From positions 7,037 to 71,036 of the forward strand of contig JAKLFG010000005.1 in the NCBI GenBank assembly GCA_022711315.1: 64,000 nt of DNA. The letters are read 5' to 3'. Positions 43,163-53,282 of this stretch are shown piece after piece. Under the pieces are notes generated by a model that worked only from the letters and a program-made list of their open reading frames with translations, did no database searches and was not told the DNA's origin. The stretch's first letter is position 1. The number at the start of each line of letters is the position of its first letter. The DNA is from a bacterium (GTDB lineage Bacteria; UBP6; UBA1177; JAKLFG01). A program made the translations under genes and the position numbers.

Positions 43163-43837
43163 ATGCCGATGCGGATACAACGCGACATCGCGAAACTGAA
43201 GCAGAAACTCTTGGAGATGAGCGTGCGGGTCGAGGAGGTCTTTTCTCGGACCATCCGATGCGTCAAAGAACGAGACGCGGCGGCGGCCCGGCTCCTCATT
43301 GACGGCGACCGCGATATAGACCTCGCCGAGGTCGATCTCGAAGAGGAGTGCCTGAAGACGCTCGCACTCAACCAGCCGGTGGCGAGCGACCTGCGCCTGC
43401 TCGTCACGGTGCTCAAGATAAACAACGATCTCGAGAGGATAGGCGATCTCGCGGTCAATATCGCTGAACGGGTCCTGACGCTCGCCGATCATACCGAGGT
43501 GCCGTTGCCGTTCGATTTCAACCGGATGTCGGGGGTAGCGCAGGTGATGCTCCATCGCTCCATCGAGGCGCTCGTGAACCTCGACAAGGGGATCGCGTAC
43601 GAAGTTCTTGCGCAGGACCAAGAAATAGATACCATACACCGCGAGATGTACCGGGCGGCGTCGAAGGAGATGTGCGCGAAACCGGAGCAGATAGAATTTC
43701 TGCTGCACGGTATCGCGGTGTCGCGCTATCTCGAGCGGATCGCCGACCATGTGACCAACATCGCGGAGGATGTCATCTACCTCGTGGATGGAGAGATCGT
43801 GAGACACCACACCGGAGAAGGACCGAGACCGACATGA
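43163..43837 (+). CDS. phoU: Phosphate signalling complex protein PhoU
   Basis: Two PhoU repeats (E.D..ID, DLERIGDLAVNIAE / YLERIADHVTNIAED). Confidence 0.9.
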   Translation: MPMRIQRDIAKLKQKLLEMSVRVEEVFSRTIRCVKERDAAAARLLIDGDRDIDLAEVDLEEECLKTLALNQPVASDLRLLVTVLKINNDLERIGDLAVNIAERVLTLADHTEVPLPFDFNRMSGVAQVMLHRSIEALVNLDKGIAYEVLAQDQEIDTIHREMYRAASKEMCAKPEQIEFLLHGIAVSRYLERIADHVTNIAEDVIYLVDGEIVRHHTGEGPRPT

Positions 43838-45576
43838 GGCGACGGCTTATCTGGCGATTGTTCCCCGCCTTCGCGGGGGTCGTTGTGGCGGCGATATTCC
43901 TGTTCTCTTTCTCCGCTTTTCGCATCTTCAACAACTTCCACCTCGCCCGGATCACCGAGGAACTGAAGGCGCAGGCGGCGCTCGCCGAGCCGATACTGCG
44001 CACGGCGCCCGACCGCCAACAGGCGGCGCGGGAACTGGGCGAGCGGACCGGTACCCGGTTCACCGTCATCCTGCCCGACGGCGTTGTGGCCGCCGATTCG
44101 GACGATGACCCGGCGCAGATGGAGAACCACGGCGACCGACCCGAGGTGAAGAACGCCTTCGCGGGGCTGGTCGGCGTATCATCCCGCTACAGCCCGACCC
44201 TCCGGAAGGACCTGCTCTATGTCGCCCTGCGGGTGCGCGAGGAGGGCCAGACCGTGTTCGTCCTGCGCGCCGCCAAGCCGTTCGCTCGGGTCAGAGAGGC
44301 GGTCCTGCCGGTACTCGGAGGGATACTGCTCGCGGCGCTCTTCATCGCGGCCGCGGCGGTGGCGGCCAGTTATCTCGTGGCGCGACGGATGAGCGTGCCG
44401 CTCCGTCACCTGCGGGAGGGGGCCGAGCGGTTCGCGGCGGGCGAACTCGACCGGCGACTCCCGCTCCCCGAGACCGAGGAGTTCGCGCAACTGGCGCGGT
44501 CGCTCAACGCGATGGCGGAGGAGATCGGCGACCGGATACGGACGATAACGGGACAGCGCAACGAACTGGAGACCCTCCTTACCAGCATGGAGGAGGCGCT
44601 CGTCGTCGTGGACGGCGACGGGCTGGTGACCCGGCTCAACCGCGCCGCCGGAGCGCTGTTCCATGTCACTCCCGACGAGGCGGCGGGCAAACCGGCTATC
44701 GCCATCGTCCGCAACCGCGCGCTGAACGACCTCATCGGCGAAGTGCTGGCGACCGGCCGGCCGGGTCAACGCGAGGTCGAACTGTACGACAGCGACGGGC
44801 GGGTCCTCATGGCCCACGGCACCATCGTACCGGGAGCCGAGAGAACGGCGCTCTTTGTGTTCAACGATGTGACGCGGCTCAAAAAACTCGAGAACATCCG
44901 CAAAGAATTCGTCGCCAATGTTTCGCACGAACTGCGCACCCCGATAACCTCGATAAAGGGGTATGTCGAGACGCTCCGGGACGGCGCGATGAATGACCCT
45001 GCGAATGCCCGACCTTTCCTCGACACCATCACGCGACAGAGCGAACGACTCGGCGCCATCATCGAGGACCTTCTCTCCCTTTCGAAGATAGAGCGGGATA
45101 CCGAACAGGGCGGCATCGTGTGCGAGCCGACGAAACTGCGGTCGGTGATCGAGTCGGCGATACAGCCGTTCCGCGAACGGGCCGCCGGGCGCGGCATACG
45201 GATCGTCACGACGGGCGACGAGTCGCTGACCGTTCCCGTGAACGGGGCGCTCCTTGAGCAGGCGATAATAAATCTCATCGACAACGCCGTAAAATATTCC
45301 AACGATAACGGACAGATAACCATCGAAGCGCGAAAAACCGGCGCGGAGGCGACCATCAGCGTCGCCGACACCGGCGTCGGCATCCCGTCGGAACACCTAC
45401 CGCGGCTCTTCGAACGGTTCTATCGCGTCGACAAGGCCCGCAGTCGTACCGTCGGCGGTACCGGACTGGGGCTCGCCATCGTCAAGCACATCGCGCTCGC
45501 ACATGGCGGGTCGGTATCGGTCGAAAGCGAGCAGGGAAAAGGCTCGACCTTCTCGCTACATCTGCCACTTTCCTGA
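43834..45576 (+). CDS. phoR: Sensor histidine kinase, PhoR-like (TM-HAMP-PAS-HisKA-HATPase)
   Basis: ATGA overlap with the phoU stop. H-box FVANVSHELRTPITSIKGY, N-box IDNAVKYS, G-boxes DTGVGIP and GTGLGLAIVKH. Confidence 0.75.
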   Translation: MRRRLIWRLFPAFAGVVVAAIFLFSFSAFRIFNNFHLARITEELKAQAALAEPILRTAPDRQQAARELGERTGTRFTVILPDGVVAADSDDDPAQMENHGDRPEVKNAFAGLVGVSSRYSPTLRKDLLYVALRVREEGQTVFVLRAAKPFARVREAVLPVLGGILLAALFIAAAAVAASYLVARRMSVPLRHLREGAERFAAGELDRRLPLPETEEFAQLARSLNAMAEEIGDRIRTITGQRNELETLLTSMEEALVVVDGDGLVTRLNRAAGALFHVTPDEAAGKPAIAIVRNRALNDLIGEVLATGRPGQREVELYDSDGRVLMAHGTIVPGAERTALFVFNDVTRLKKLENIRKEFVANVSHELRTPITSIKGYVETLRDGAMNDPANARPFLDTITRQSERLGAIIEDLLSLSKIERDTEQGGIVCEPTKLRSVIESAIQPFRERAAGRGIRIVTTGDESLTVPVNGALLEQAIINLIDNAVKYSNDNGQITIEARKTGAEATISVADTGVGIPSEHLPRLFERFYRVDKARSRTVGGTGLGLAIVKHIALAHGGSVSVESEQGKGSTFSLHLPLS

Positions 45577-45601
45577 ATTCTTACGGAGAGATACGCGGCC
45601 G

Positions 45602-47038
45602 TTACGGAACGGTCGGATAGACCCCCGAGGTTATCGCGCCTGCGCCCACGCCGGTCACCATCACATACTGTGACCCGCCCTGTGACACTTCTATCGTCAC
45701 GGCGGCATTCGCAATGATGAGTTGCGGGCTCGTGCCGTGGGTGTAGGCATTGGCGGTCGCGAAGAGGAATCCGGTGCCGAGCCGCGGAACGATACGATCT
45801 ATGACCGGCTGAGCCGGCGAGGTGACATAGATGCCGGTCGTCCCGACCACCGCGTTGCGGTTCTGCCCGCTTACGGGGAACAGCCAGTCGACCCACTCCT
45901 GCGCCGTCGAGGAAGCGAGCCCATGATGCGACAGGTGTATCACATCGGCGGCGCCCGACGGCAGGAGTTCGGCGCCTCCCGGCGTTATCGTGAGCCCGGC
46001 GCCGTGCGACGCGATGAAGCCCTCGACCTTGATGTCGCGCCCCTGCGTGTCGCCGGCGAACAGATAGTTGAAGTCGCCCCACTTGATGACGCCGCCGAGA
46101 CTCCGCGCGTTCTCCTGATCGGTCTCGCCGTAGCCGATGGTGATGCCGTTCGCCTCGGCTGAGATCGCGCCGCCCGACTGCGCCACCCAGCCGCTGGCGT
46201 GGGTGAAGTAAAGTTTCGCGCCGCTACCGAGCGGGATGAACGAGAGGGCGCCCGCCGTATCGTCATCGCTCGTATCGAGGTCGCCGAGAAGGAGACCGGG
46301 GCAACCGGAGGTGGGATAGCGACTGCTCGCGTCACCGCACGGCATCTCGGCCGCACCGGCGCAGAGCGTCACGACCTGTGCCACGAGTTCCCCCTGCGCC
46401 AAGGTGCAGAATTCATTAAAATCCTCGACTCCCGGCATATCGGCGCCGATATCGTAGAACCCCCGGAGAATTATCCCTTTTCGCACCACAAGGTGCTGGT
46501 TAGCCCCGGCGCCGAAGAGATTGTCGAACCCGCCGATATGGTCGTTGTGGTAATGAGTGATGATCGCCCAGTCTATAGCCGCCTCTCCCTTCCGCCGCGT
46601 CACCGCTTCGAGTATCTGCGGCCCGTGACCGTCGTTGGCGGCGTCAATGAGGACCGTCGTCCCGTCGGGACCGACGATAAGGGCCGCCTCCCCCATGTTC
46701 ATCCCCGGCAGGTATATCTGCTCGATGATGAGTTCGCCCACCGGGATCACATCGTCGGGCTGGACGATATCTTCGTCGACCACCGTGTCCGACGATTCGT
46801 CGGATCCCTCAATATCGACACTCTCGTCGAGCAGGTCGGGCGCCTCTTCGCCCTCGGCCATTTCGTCCTTTTCACCACTCATGTCGCTTTCGTCCTGTAT
46901 CCCCTCGTCCGCCGCATCGTGGTCGGCGACCTCCGTGTCGGTGACCGCCATCTCGTCGGCGGTCGTCTCCTCCGGCGTACTGCATGAAACGACAAGGAAC
47001 CATACCCCACAGAAGATGGCTATAGTCCGGTACGACAT
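45602..47038 (-). CDS. Lipoprotein with acidic linker and metallo-beta-lactamase fold domain
   Basis: FLVVSCSTPEE lipobox, a long D/E-rich linker, and WAIITHYHNDHIGG (HxHxDH). Confidence 0.7.
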   Translation of the reverse strand: MSYRTIAIFCGVWFLVVSCSTPEETTADEMAVTDTEVADHDAADEGIQDESDMSGEKDEMAEGEEAPDLLDESVDIEGSDESSDTVVDEDIVQPDDVIPVGELIIEQIYLPGMNMGEAALIVGPDGTTVLIDAANDGHGPQILEAVTRRKGEAAIDWAIITHYHNDHIGGFDNLFGAGANQHLVVRKGIILRGFYDIGADMPGVEDFNEFCTLAQGELVAQVVTLCAGAAEMPCGDASSRYPTSGCPGLLLGDLDTSDDDTAGALSFIPLGSGAKLYFTHASGWVAQSGGAISAEANGITIGYGETDQENARSLGGVIKWGDFNYLFAGDTQGRDIKVEGFIASHGAGLTITPGGAELLPSGAADVIHLSHHGLASSTAQEWVDWLFPVSGQNRNAVVGTTGIYVTSPAQPVIDRIVPRLGTGFLFATANAYTHGTSPQLIIANAAVTIEVSQGGSQYVMVTGVGAGAITSGVYPTVP

Positions 47039-47059
47039 CGCGACCTCCATGTTTGTCCG

Positions 47060-48268
47060 TTAATATAAAAACCCGAAAAGATGGAGCGGTATCTTGTCGC
47101 CCGCGCCGATGTCGATGCCGTCGAGAGCGCGGAACGAGTCGGCGATGCCTTTGATCTGATCCTCCTTTTTCGACGGCCCGCCGACCTCGACCGTGAAGCG
47201 GCCGTTCACCAGAAAATCGGCCGCCGGGTGCAGGGAGACCTTGATGCCGGCGTTCTTCAACTGGTTCGCGAAGAAGGCCTCTCGTACGCCGCCGATCAGC
47301 GTCTCCTTTTGCAGGGAACCGTTCAGGGCATACAGCAGGTTCGGGTTCTCGAGATAGACCTTGCCCGGTTTGCGCACGAGCGCCGCGCCGGAGCCGTCCA
47401 GCCGGAGGGTGGCGATAAGCCCCGCCCGTTCCAGATACTCGAGATAGGTGTAGACATACTCTTTTGATATCCCCAGATCGCGGCTCATCCCCGCGATGTT
47501 CGGCACGAAGGGATCGCTCGTGGCGATGAGCCAGAGCATTTTTTTGAGAATGGGCAGTTTCGGCTGGGTCAGGTTGGCGGTGACCGCGATGTCCTCGAAC
47601 AGCGTCTTTTCGACGGTGCTCATCACCTTCTGCGCGTACTCTTCCGCGCCCTCCAATATATAGGGATAGTAGCCGACCCGCAGATATTCGTCGAAGTGCT
47701 TGAGTAGCGGCAGTTTTCCGGCGATATCGGCGGCGATCGCGGTATGACCGTTCACGATATCGTCGAACGCACGGACCGGGAACTGGTATCCGTGGCGAAA
47801 ATAGAGGTATTCGCGGAACGACAGGCCGGGCAGGTCGTAATAGACCACGCGGCGCGAAAGATCGTAGGCCGCCTTGGTGAGGTCGAGCGACGATGAGCCC
47901 GACACGAGGATGTGTTTGTCCTTGTAGGTGTCAATGCTGTTCTTGAGTTCCTGCGCCCAGTTCGGATATTTGTGTATCTCGTCGATGATGATCGCTTCGC
48001 CGCCGTAGGTAAAGTAGTCGCGCACCGTCTGGTAGAGGCCGTTGGAAACGACATGGATGTTGTCGCCCGAGATGTAGAGGCAGCGGTCGGGTGATCCGTA
48101 GGTCTCTTTGTAATGTTGGAGCAGAAGGGTGGTTTTGCCGGTGCCGCGCGGTCCGCGTAGGCAGATGCAGTGGTTCTGCCAGTTTATCTTCGGTGCAAGA
48201 TACCGTTTTTTATCCGATCTCATTGCGCCGACGATCTGCTGGTGAATGGAAAATAACTCTTGCAACAT
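47060..48268 (-). CDS. AAA-family ATPase with DUF4143-type C-terminal domain
   Basis: Walker A LRGPRGTGKTTLL, Walker B AIIIDEIH, about 400 aa. Confidence 0.7.
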   Translation of the reverse strand: MLQELFSIHQQIVGAMRSDKKRYLAPKINWQNHCICLRGPRGTGKTTLLLQHYKETYGSPDRCLYISGDNIHVVSNGLYQTVRDYFTYGGEAIIIDEIHKYPNWAQELKNSIDTYKDKHILVSGSSSLDLTKAAYDLSRRVVYYDLPGLSFREYLYFRHGYQFPVRAFDDIVNGHTAIAADIAGKLPLLKHFDEYLRVGYYPYILEGAEEYAQKVMSTVEKTLFEDIAVTANLTQPKLPILKKMLWLIATSDPFVPNIAGMSRDLGISKEYVYTYLEYLERAGLIATLRLDGSGAALVRKPGKVYLENPNLLYALNGSLQKETLIGGVREAFFANQLKNAGIKVSLHPAADFLVNGRFTVEVGGPSKKEDQIKGIADSFRALDGIDIGAGDKIPLHLFGFLY

Positions 48269-48290
48269 GGGCGCCTCCGGTCAAACAGAC

Positions 48291-48333
48291 AAGTGCACTT
48301 TACTATATATTGGCGAAAGAGTCAAGTGCACTT
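48291..48333. promoter_or_regulatory. Two copies of the 10-bp palindrome AAGTGCACTT overlapping the promoter of the AAA-ATPase gene
   Basis: AAGTGCACTT at 48291-48300 and 48324-48333 (33 bp centre to centre). On the minus strand, TTGACT, 17 nt, TAAAGT overlap the two palindromes. Confidence 0.4.
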
Positions 48334-48483
48334 TGCTTTTTTTAGCAAGAACAGACAACCTCACTTTACTCTTTGATGATTCCCGCCTGACTCAATGGCC
48401 CGAACAGACCACGCTGTTCTGATTTCTTGATTTTACCTCGCAGGGCACTAGACTCGCGGCGGATACTGTGAACGGAGGCCTCC

Positions 48484-50016
48484 ATGCCTATGAAACGACT
48501 CCTCATCGACGGCGAAACGCTGACCATCCGCGATGTGTACGAGGTCGCCTGTTGCGACCGCCCCGTCGGCATCGCCCCCGCGGCGGTGAAAAAGGTCGAG
48601 AAATGCCGCCGTTTCGTCGACAAACTCCTCACGCAGGATAAGCCGATCTACGGTATCAACACCGGCTTCGGGATACTCAGCGAAGTGGCGATACCCAAAG
48701 ACCACCTCGACGAACTCCAGATCAACCTCATCCGCTCTCACGCCATCGGCATCGGCGACCCGTTCGACCGCGCGACGGTCCGCGCCATCATGTTGCTGCG
48801 CGCCAATGTGCTCGCCAAAGGCTTCTCCGGCGTGCGCCTTTCTACCCTCGAACATCTGGTCGAGTTCCTGAACAAGGATATCGTCCCCTACATCCCGCAG
48901 AAAGGGTCGGTCGGCGCGTCGGGCGACCTTGCTCCCCTCTCTCACCTCGCCCTTGCCCTGTGCGGCGAAGGATACTGTCTCGGCGACGACATGAAGCCGG
49001 TCGATACCGCCGAGGTGCTGAAGAAGAAAAAAGTGGCGCCCATCGCGCTCAAGGCGAAGGAGGGGCTCGCCCTCATCAACGGGACGCAGGTGATGACCGC
49101 CGTGGGGGCGCTCACCGTCGAGCGGCTCTCCGGCCTGACGAAACTCGCCGACATCGCGCTTGCTCTCACCGTCGATGCGATGCTCGGGACCGACCGCGCC
49201 TTTGACGACAAGGTGAACCGCGTCCGCGCCCATCCCGGCCAGTTCGAGGTATCGCGCAATGTCCGGGCCCTGCTCGCCGGCTCGACCATCCGTGAATCGC
49301 ACCGGTGTTGTACCAAAGTGCAGGACTCCTACAGTCTCCGGTGCGCCCCGCAGGTCCACGGCGCGGTGCGTGACGCGCTCCAGCACGCCGCCGAGGTGCT
49401 CACGACCGAGATAAACTCCTCGACCGACAATCCGCTCATCTTCCCCGACGAGAAAGAGACGATATCGGCGGGCAACTTCCACGGCGAGCCGGTGGCGCTC
49501 GTGATGGATTATCTCACCGCCGCCGCGAGCGAACTCGGCAACATCTCCGAGCGGCGCATCGAACAACTCGTCAACCCGGCCTTTTCGCCGGCCCCCGCTT
49601 TTCTTGTGAAAGATAAGGGGCTTAACTCCGGTTTCATGATCGCGCAGGTCGCGGCGGCAAGTCTTGTGTCGGAGTCGAAATCGCTCTCGTTCCCCGCATC
49701 GGTCGATTCGATACCGACCTCGGCGGGTAAGGAAGACCATGTCAGCATGGGCACCATTTCGGCGCGAAAGTGCGCGCTGGTGACCGAGAACACCGCCTGT
49801 GTGATCGCTCTTGAGGTGCTCGCGGCGTGTCAGGCGCTCGACTTCCGCAAACCGTTGAAGACCGGTAGCGCACTGCAGGCGGTCTATAAAAAGGTGCGGA
49901 GCGCGGTCCCTTTCCTAGAGCACGATTCGTTCCTGCACCCGCTCTTCGCCAAGGTCCGTGGTATGGAGAAGGATCTGGTCGCCGCGGCCGAGAAGGTCGC
50001 CGGACCACTCGCCTGA
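48484..50016 (+). CDS. hutH: Histidine ammonia-lyase
   Basis: GSVGASGDLAPLSHLAL (MIO-forming ASG) and 510 aa. GGAGG RBS. Confidence 0.9.
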   Translation: MPMKRLLIDGETLTIRDVYEVACCDRPVGIAPAAVKKVEKCRRFVDKLLTQDKPIYGINTGFGILSEVAIPKDHLDELQINLIRSHAIGIGDPFDRATVRAIMLLRANVLAKGFSGVRLSTLEHLVEFLNKDIVPYIPQKGSVGASGDLAPLSHLALALCGEGYCLGDDMKPVDTAEVLKKKKVAPIALKAKEGLALINGTQVMTAVGALTVERLSGLTKLADIALALTVDAMLGTDRAFDDKVNRVRAHPGQFEVSRNVRALLAGSTIRESHRCCTKVQDSYSLRCAPQVHGAVRDALQHAAEVLTTEINSSTDNPLIFPDEKETISAGNFHGEPVALVMDYLTAAASELGNISERRIEQLVNPAFSPAPAFLVKDKGLNSGFMIAQVAAASLVSESKSLSFPASVDSIPTSAGKEDHVSMGTISARKCALVTENTACVIALEVLAACQALDFRKPLKTGSALQAVYKKVRSAVPFLEHDSFLHPLFAKVRGMEKDLVAAAEKVAGPLA

Positions 50017-50023
50017 CGGGAGG

Positions 50024-52057
50024 TCATTCCTCCGGCCGGTCCTGTTCTATCTTTTCGCGTATCCGTTGCAGATAGTTCTCGGCCATCTCGCGCCGTTCGG
50101 CGGCGCTCATCGTCGAAAGTCCCGCCTCGGACAGGAACACCGACACGGTCGTCGGCATGGTCCGGCCGCGCACCTTTATCATGCGGGGAATGGTGATGAA
50201 GAGCCGGCGGCGGGCACGCGTGAAGGCGACATAACAGAGCCGGCGTTCCTCCTCGATGTTCCCCTCCTCCAACGCGAGCCGGTTGGGCATGCCGCCCTGA
50301 TAAAAGCCGGGAACGAAGACCACCTCGAACTCGAGCCCCTTGGCGCTGTGGGCCGTGATGATGTTGACGCCCTTCTTCTTGTCGTTCTCGTCGCCCGACT
50401 GGATAAGCGCCACCGCATTGATGAGGTCGAGCCAGAACTCGCGGGGCACCTCGGCGGGCCGTTCGGCGTGATGATAGGAAACGGCGCTCACGAACTCACG
50501 GATGTTCTCGAGCCGTATGGCGACCGACTCGTCGCTCTCGCCGCTCCGGTGTATCGCCTCTTCGATGCCGATCGTCCGGATAAGGTGCTCAGCGAAGGGG
50601 ACCGGTTCACGGCAGGCCATCTCGTCGACCAACCCGCGATACAGGGTGCTGAACTTCGCTATCGCGTCGCGTTGGGCCGGTGAGAGCAGGGCGTACTCCC
50701 CTATCCGTTCGGCCACTGAAAGGGCCGGCGACCTCTCGACCGCCGCGATCTCGAACAGTTTCTCGACCGCGACAGTGCCGATGCCGCGGGTCGGATAGTT
50801 GATAATGCGACGCAAACTGATCTCGTCGTCGGGCCGCACAAGGATGCGCAGGTAGGCGACGAGGTCCTTTATCTCTTTGTTCTCGAAGAATTTCTGCCCG
50901 CCGATGACCCGATACGGTATGCGTTGCCGCGCGAACGCCTTCTCGAACGGCAGGGTCTGCGCATTGGTGCGCACCATCACCGCAAGGTCGGTGTAGCGCA
51001 GGCCGCCCGCCGAAAGCGAAACTATCTCGCGGGCGACGCGGTCGGCCTCTTCCGCCTCGTCCATGACCGTGTGGATGGTTATCGGCTTCTCCTCCTCGGC
51101 GCGTCGGCGCGCAAACACCTTCTTTTCGGCGCGGGTCCGGTTGAACCCGATGAGTCGCCCCGCCGTCTCGACGATCTCGGCGACCGACCGGTAGTTCTCC
51201 TCCAGTTTCACGACGCGGGTGCCGGGGAAATCCTGTTCGAACTCGAGGATATTCTCGACCCGCGCGCCGCGCCAACTGTAGATGCTCTGGTCGTCATCAC
51301 CCACCACACACACATTACCGTGGACCGATGAAAGTTCACGGATGAGCCGGTACTGCGCCCGGTTGGTGTCCTGATATTCGTCCACCATGAGGTATCGCCA
51401 TTTGGCGGCGTATCTTTTCCGTATCTCCTCGTTCTGCTCGAACAGTTCAAGCGGCTTCATGATGAGATCGTCGAAATCCATCGCCGCCGCCGCCTTGAGC
51501 GCCCGCTGGTAGGGTTCGCAGAGTCGACGCGCGACGCCGTGCCGTATGTTGCCGAGATAGAACCGCTGGTCGTTGAAGAGGTCCGGATCGTTCTTGAGCC
51601 GCGAAACGACAGCCATCACCGAGTAGGGCGAATACTGTTCGCGCGATATCCGCTCTTCCTCCATAACCTTCTTCATCAATTCGACCTGTTCGTAGGGCGA
51701 AAAAACGACGAAGTGGGCCGGATACCCTATCACCGTGTGTTCCCGCTTGAGTATCTGGAGTCCCAACGAATGAAAGGTGCAGACGGTGAGCCGCCGCGTG
51801 ACCGACGGATCATTCACTATCGAGGCCACCCGTTCCTTCATCTCGCGTGCCGCCTTATTGGTGAATGTGACGGCGAGTATCTCCTCGGGGGCGATCCTCT
51901 TTTCCCCGAGCAGGTAGGCGATGCGGCAGGTTATGACGCGGGTCTTGCCCGATCCGGCGCCCGCGAAGACGAGGAGTGGCCCGTCGGTGGCGGTGACCGC
52001 CTCGCGTTGGGTGTCGCTCAGGCGCAGACCGGAAAGGAAGGAACGGCCGGAGGTCAT
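50024..52057 (-). CDS. UvrD/PcrA/Rep-family ATP-dependent DNA helicase
   Basis: VFAGAGSGKTRVIT, VTFTNKAAREM, MVDEYQDTN, VGDDDQSIYSWRGA, TAHSAKGLEF, CYVAFTRAR. Confidence 0.9.
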   Translation of the reverse strand: MTSGRSFLSGLRLSDTQREAVTATDGPLLVFAGAGSGKTRVITCRIAYLLGEKRIAPEEILAVTFTNKAAREMKERVASIVNDPSVTRRLTVCTFHSLGLQILKREHTVIGYPAHFVVFSPYEQVELMKKVMEEERISREQYSPYSVMAVVSRLKNDPDLFNDQRFYLGNIRHGVARRLCEPYQRALKAAAAMDFDDLIMKPLELFEQNEEIRKRYAAKWRYLMVDEYQDTNRAQYRLIRELSSVHGNVCVVGDDDQSIYSWRGARVENILEFEQDFPGTRVVKLEENYRSVAEIVETAGRLIGFNRTRAEKKVFARRRAEEEKPITIHTVMDEAEEADRVAREIVSLSAGGLRYTDLAVMVRTNAQTLPFEKAFARQRIPYRVIGGQKFFENKEIKDLVAYLRILVRPDDEISLRRIINYPTRGIGTVAVEKLFEIAAVERSPALSVAERIGEYALLSPAQRDAIAKFSTLYRGLVDEMACREPVPFAEHLIRTIGIEEAIHRSGESDESVAIRLENIREFVSAVSYHHAERPAEVPREFWLDLINAVALIQSGDENDKKKGVNIITAHSAKGLEFEVVFVPGFYQGGMPNRLALEEGNIEEERRLCYVAFTRARRRLFITIPRMIKVRGRTMPTTVSVFLSEAGLSTMSAAERREMAENYLQRIREKIEQDRPEE

Positions 52058-52085
52058 GACGCGCGCCGCGTGAACCGGGCGGCGG

Positions 52086-52535
52086 CTACTTGAGGCCTTG
52101 CAAAAGGACTATGCCGCCGACCATCGCGAAGATCGCGAACGACTCGACGATGCCGGGGGCGGCGAAGGACATGCCGGCGATCGAGGGCTTCTTGGCGACC
52201 GCAAGGATGGCCGAGGAACAGGCCTTTCCCTGATAGATGGCCGAAAGCATAAGCGCGACGCCGCAGGCGACGCCGATGGCGAACAGTGCCGCGGTCGGCC
52301 TGCCCGCATCCTGCAGTTGCGTAAGTTTACCGCTCATAAGGATCATCAGGACGAAGCCGTAAATGGTCTGCGACGACGGCATCGCCGACAGCGCGACGAA
52401 CAGGCCGTGACCCTCGTCGGTCTTCGACATGACACCGTGCGAGGTCATACCGGCAAGGCCACACCCGATGGCGCTCCCGCAGGCGGCCAACCCGAGACAG
52501 ATGATGGGACCGAACGAACCGAGATCCGAGAACAT
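52086..52535 (-). CDS. V/A-type ATPase proteolipid subunit K (duplicated hairpin)
   Basis: Four TM helices. The first hairpin has SSQTIYGFVLMIL (Gln at the carboxylate position). The second has GIVESFAIFAMVGG with the conserved Glu. No other V-ATPase genes are nearby. Confidence 0.6.
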   Translation of the reverse strand: MFSDLGSFGPIICLGLAACGSAIGCGLAGMTSHGVMSKTDEGHGLFVALSAMPSSQTIYGFVLMILMSGKLTQLQDAGRPTAALFAIGVACGVALMLSAIYQGKACSSAILAVAKKPSIAGMSFAAPGIVESFAIFAMVGGIVLLQGLK

Positions 52536-52697
52536 GCCTTCCTCCTTGGTATCTTCGTTTGTGCCAAAAGACCCGTTGACGGGGTGAGCATACTCGGAAA
52601 CACGACAAAAGCAAAAAAGGGCGCGCGACCGTTCTTCTTGCTTTTCCTCAAGACTCTTCTATCATCGGACCGTCACGATGACCGAAGAGGTGCACTC

Positions 52698-53276
52698 ATG
52701 AGGACCCTGTTCTCTCTTTTCGCTCTGCCGCTCTGTCTTTTCCTGTTCCCCTCCTGCAAAAAGACGCCGCCCGACCCGGCGCTCGGACAGGAACTCCTCT
52801 CGGCCCTCGAACGGGGCGACGAGGCGGCGGCGCGGGAACTCATCGGTCGCGGCGCCGACATCAACGCACGACAGGCCGGGACCGGCTATACTCCCTATGT
52901 GGTCGCGGCGAAAAAATGCCTCACCGACCCGGTGCGCCTGCTTGACAAAAAGGGGGCCGACATGACCGTCGAGGTCTCGTCGGGAAGCCCGGCGGAGCGC
53001 TCGGCGTTCATGAATGCCGCCATGGCAGGGTGTCTCGATACGGTCCGCTATTTCGTCGAGGAAAAAAAGATGGACATCAATACGCGGCACCAGGTCTGGA
53101 ACGAAACGCTTCTCCACAAAGCGGTGCAGGGCCGCGACCTGACGCTCGCCCGCTACGCCATCGACCGCGGCGTGGACCTCACCATCACCGACAATAACCA
53201 GAGGACGGCGCTCGATCTCGCAAAGGAACTCGGCGCTGTCGACATCGCAACGCTTATCGAGAACGCGGGGAAGTAG
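52698..53276 (+). CDS. Ankyrin-repeat lipoprotein
   Basis: LFLFPSCKK lipobox and ANK repeats (GADINAR...TPYVVAA, G.D....TLLHKAV, GVDLTITDNNQRTALDLA). Confidence 0.75.
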   Translation: MRTLFSLFALPLCLFLFPSCKKTPPDPALGQELLSALERGDEAAARELIGRGADINARQAGTGYTPYVVAAKKCLTDPVRLLDKKGADMTVEVSSGSPAERSAFMNAAMAGCLDTVRYFVEEKKMDINTRHQVWNETLLHKAVQGRDLTLARYAIDRGVDLTITDNNQRTALDLAKELGAVDIATLIENAGK

Positions 53277-53282
53277 GCGGGC

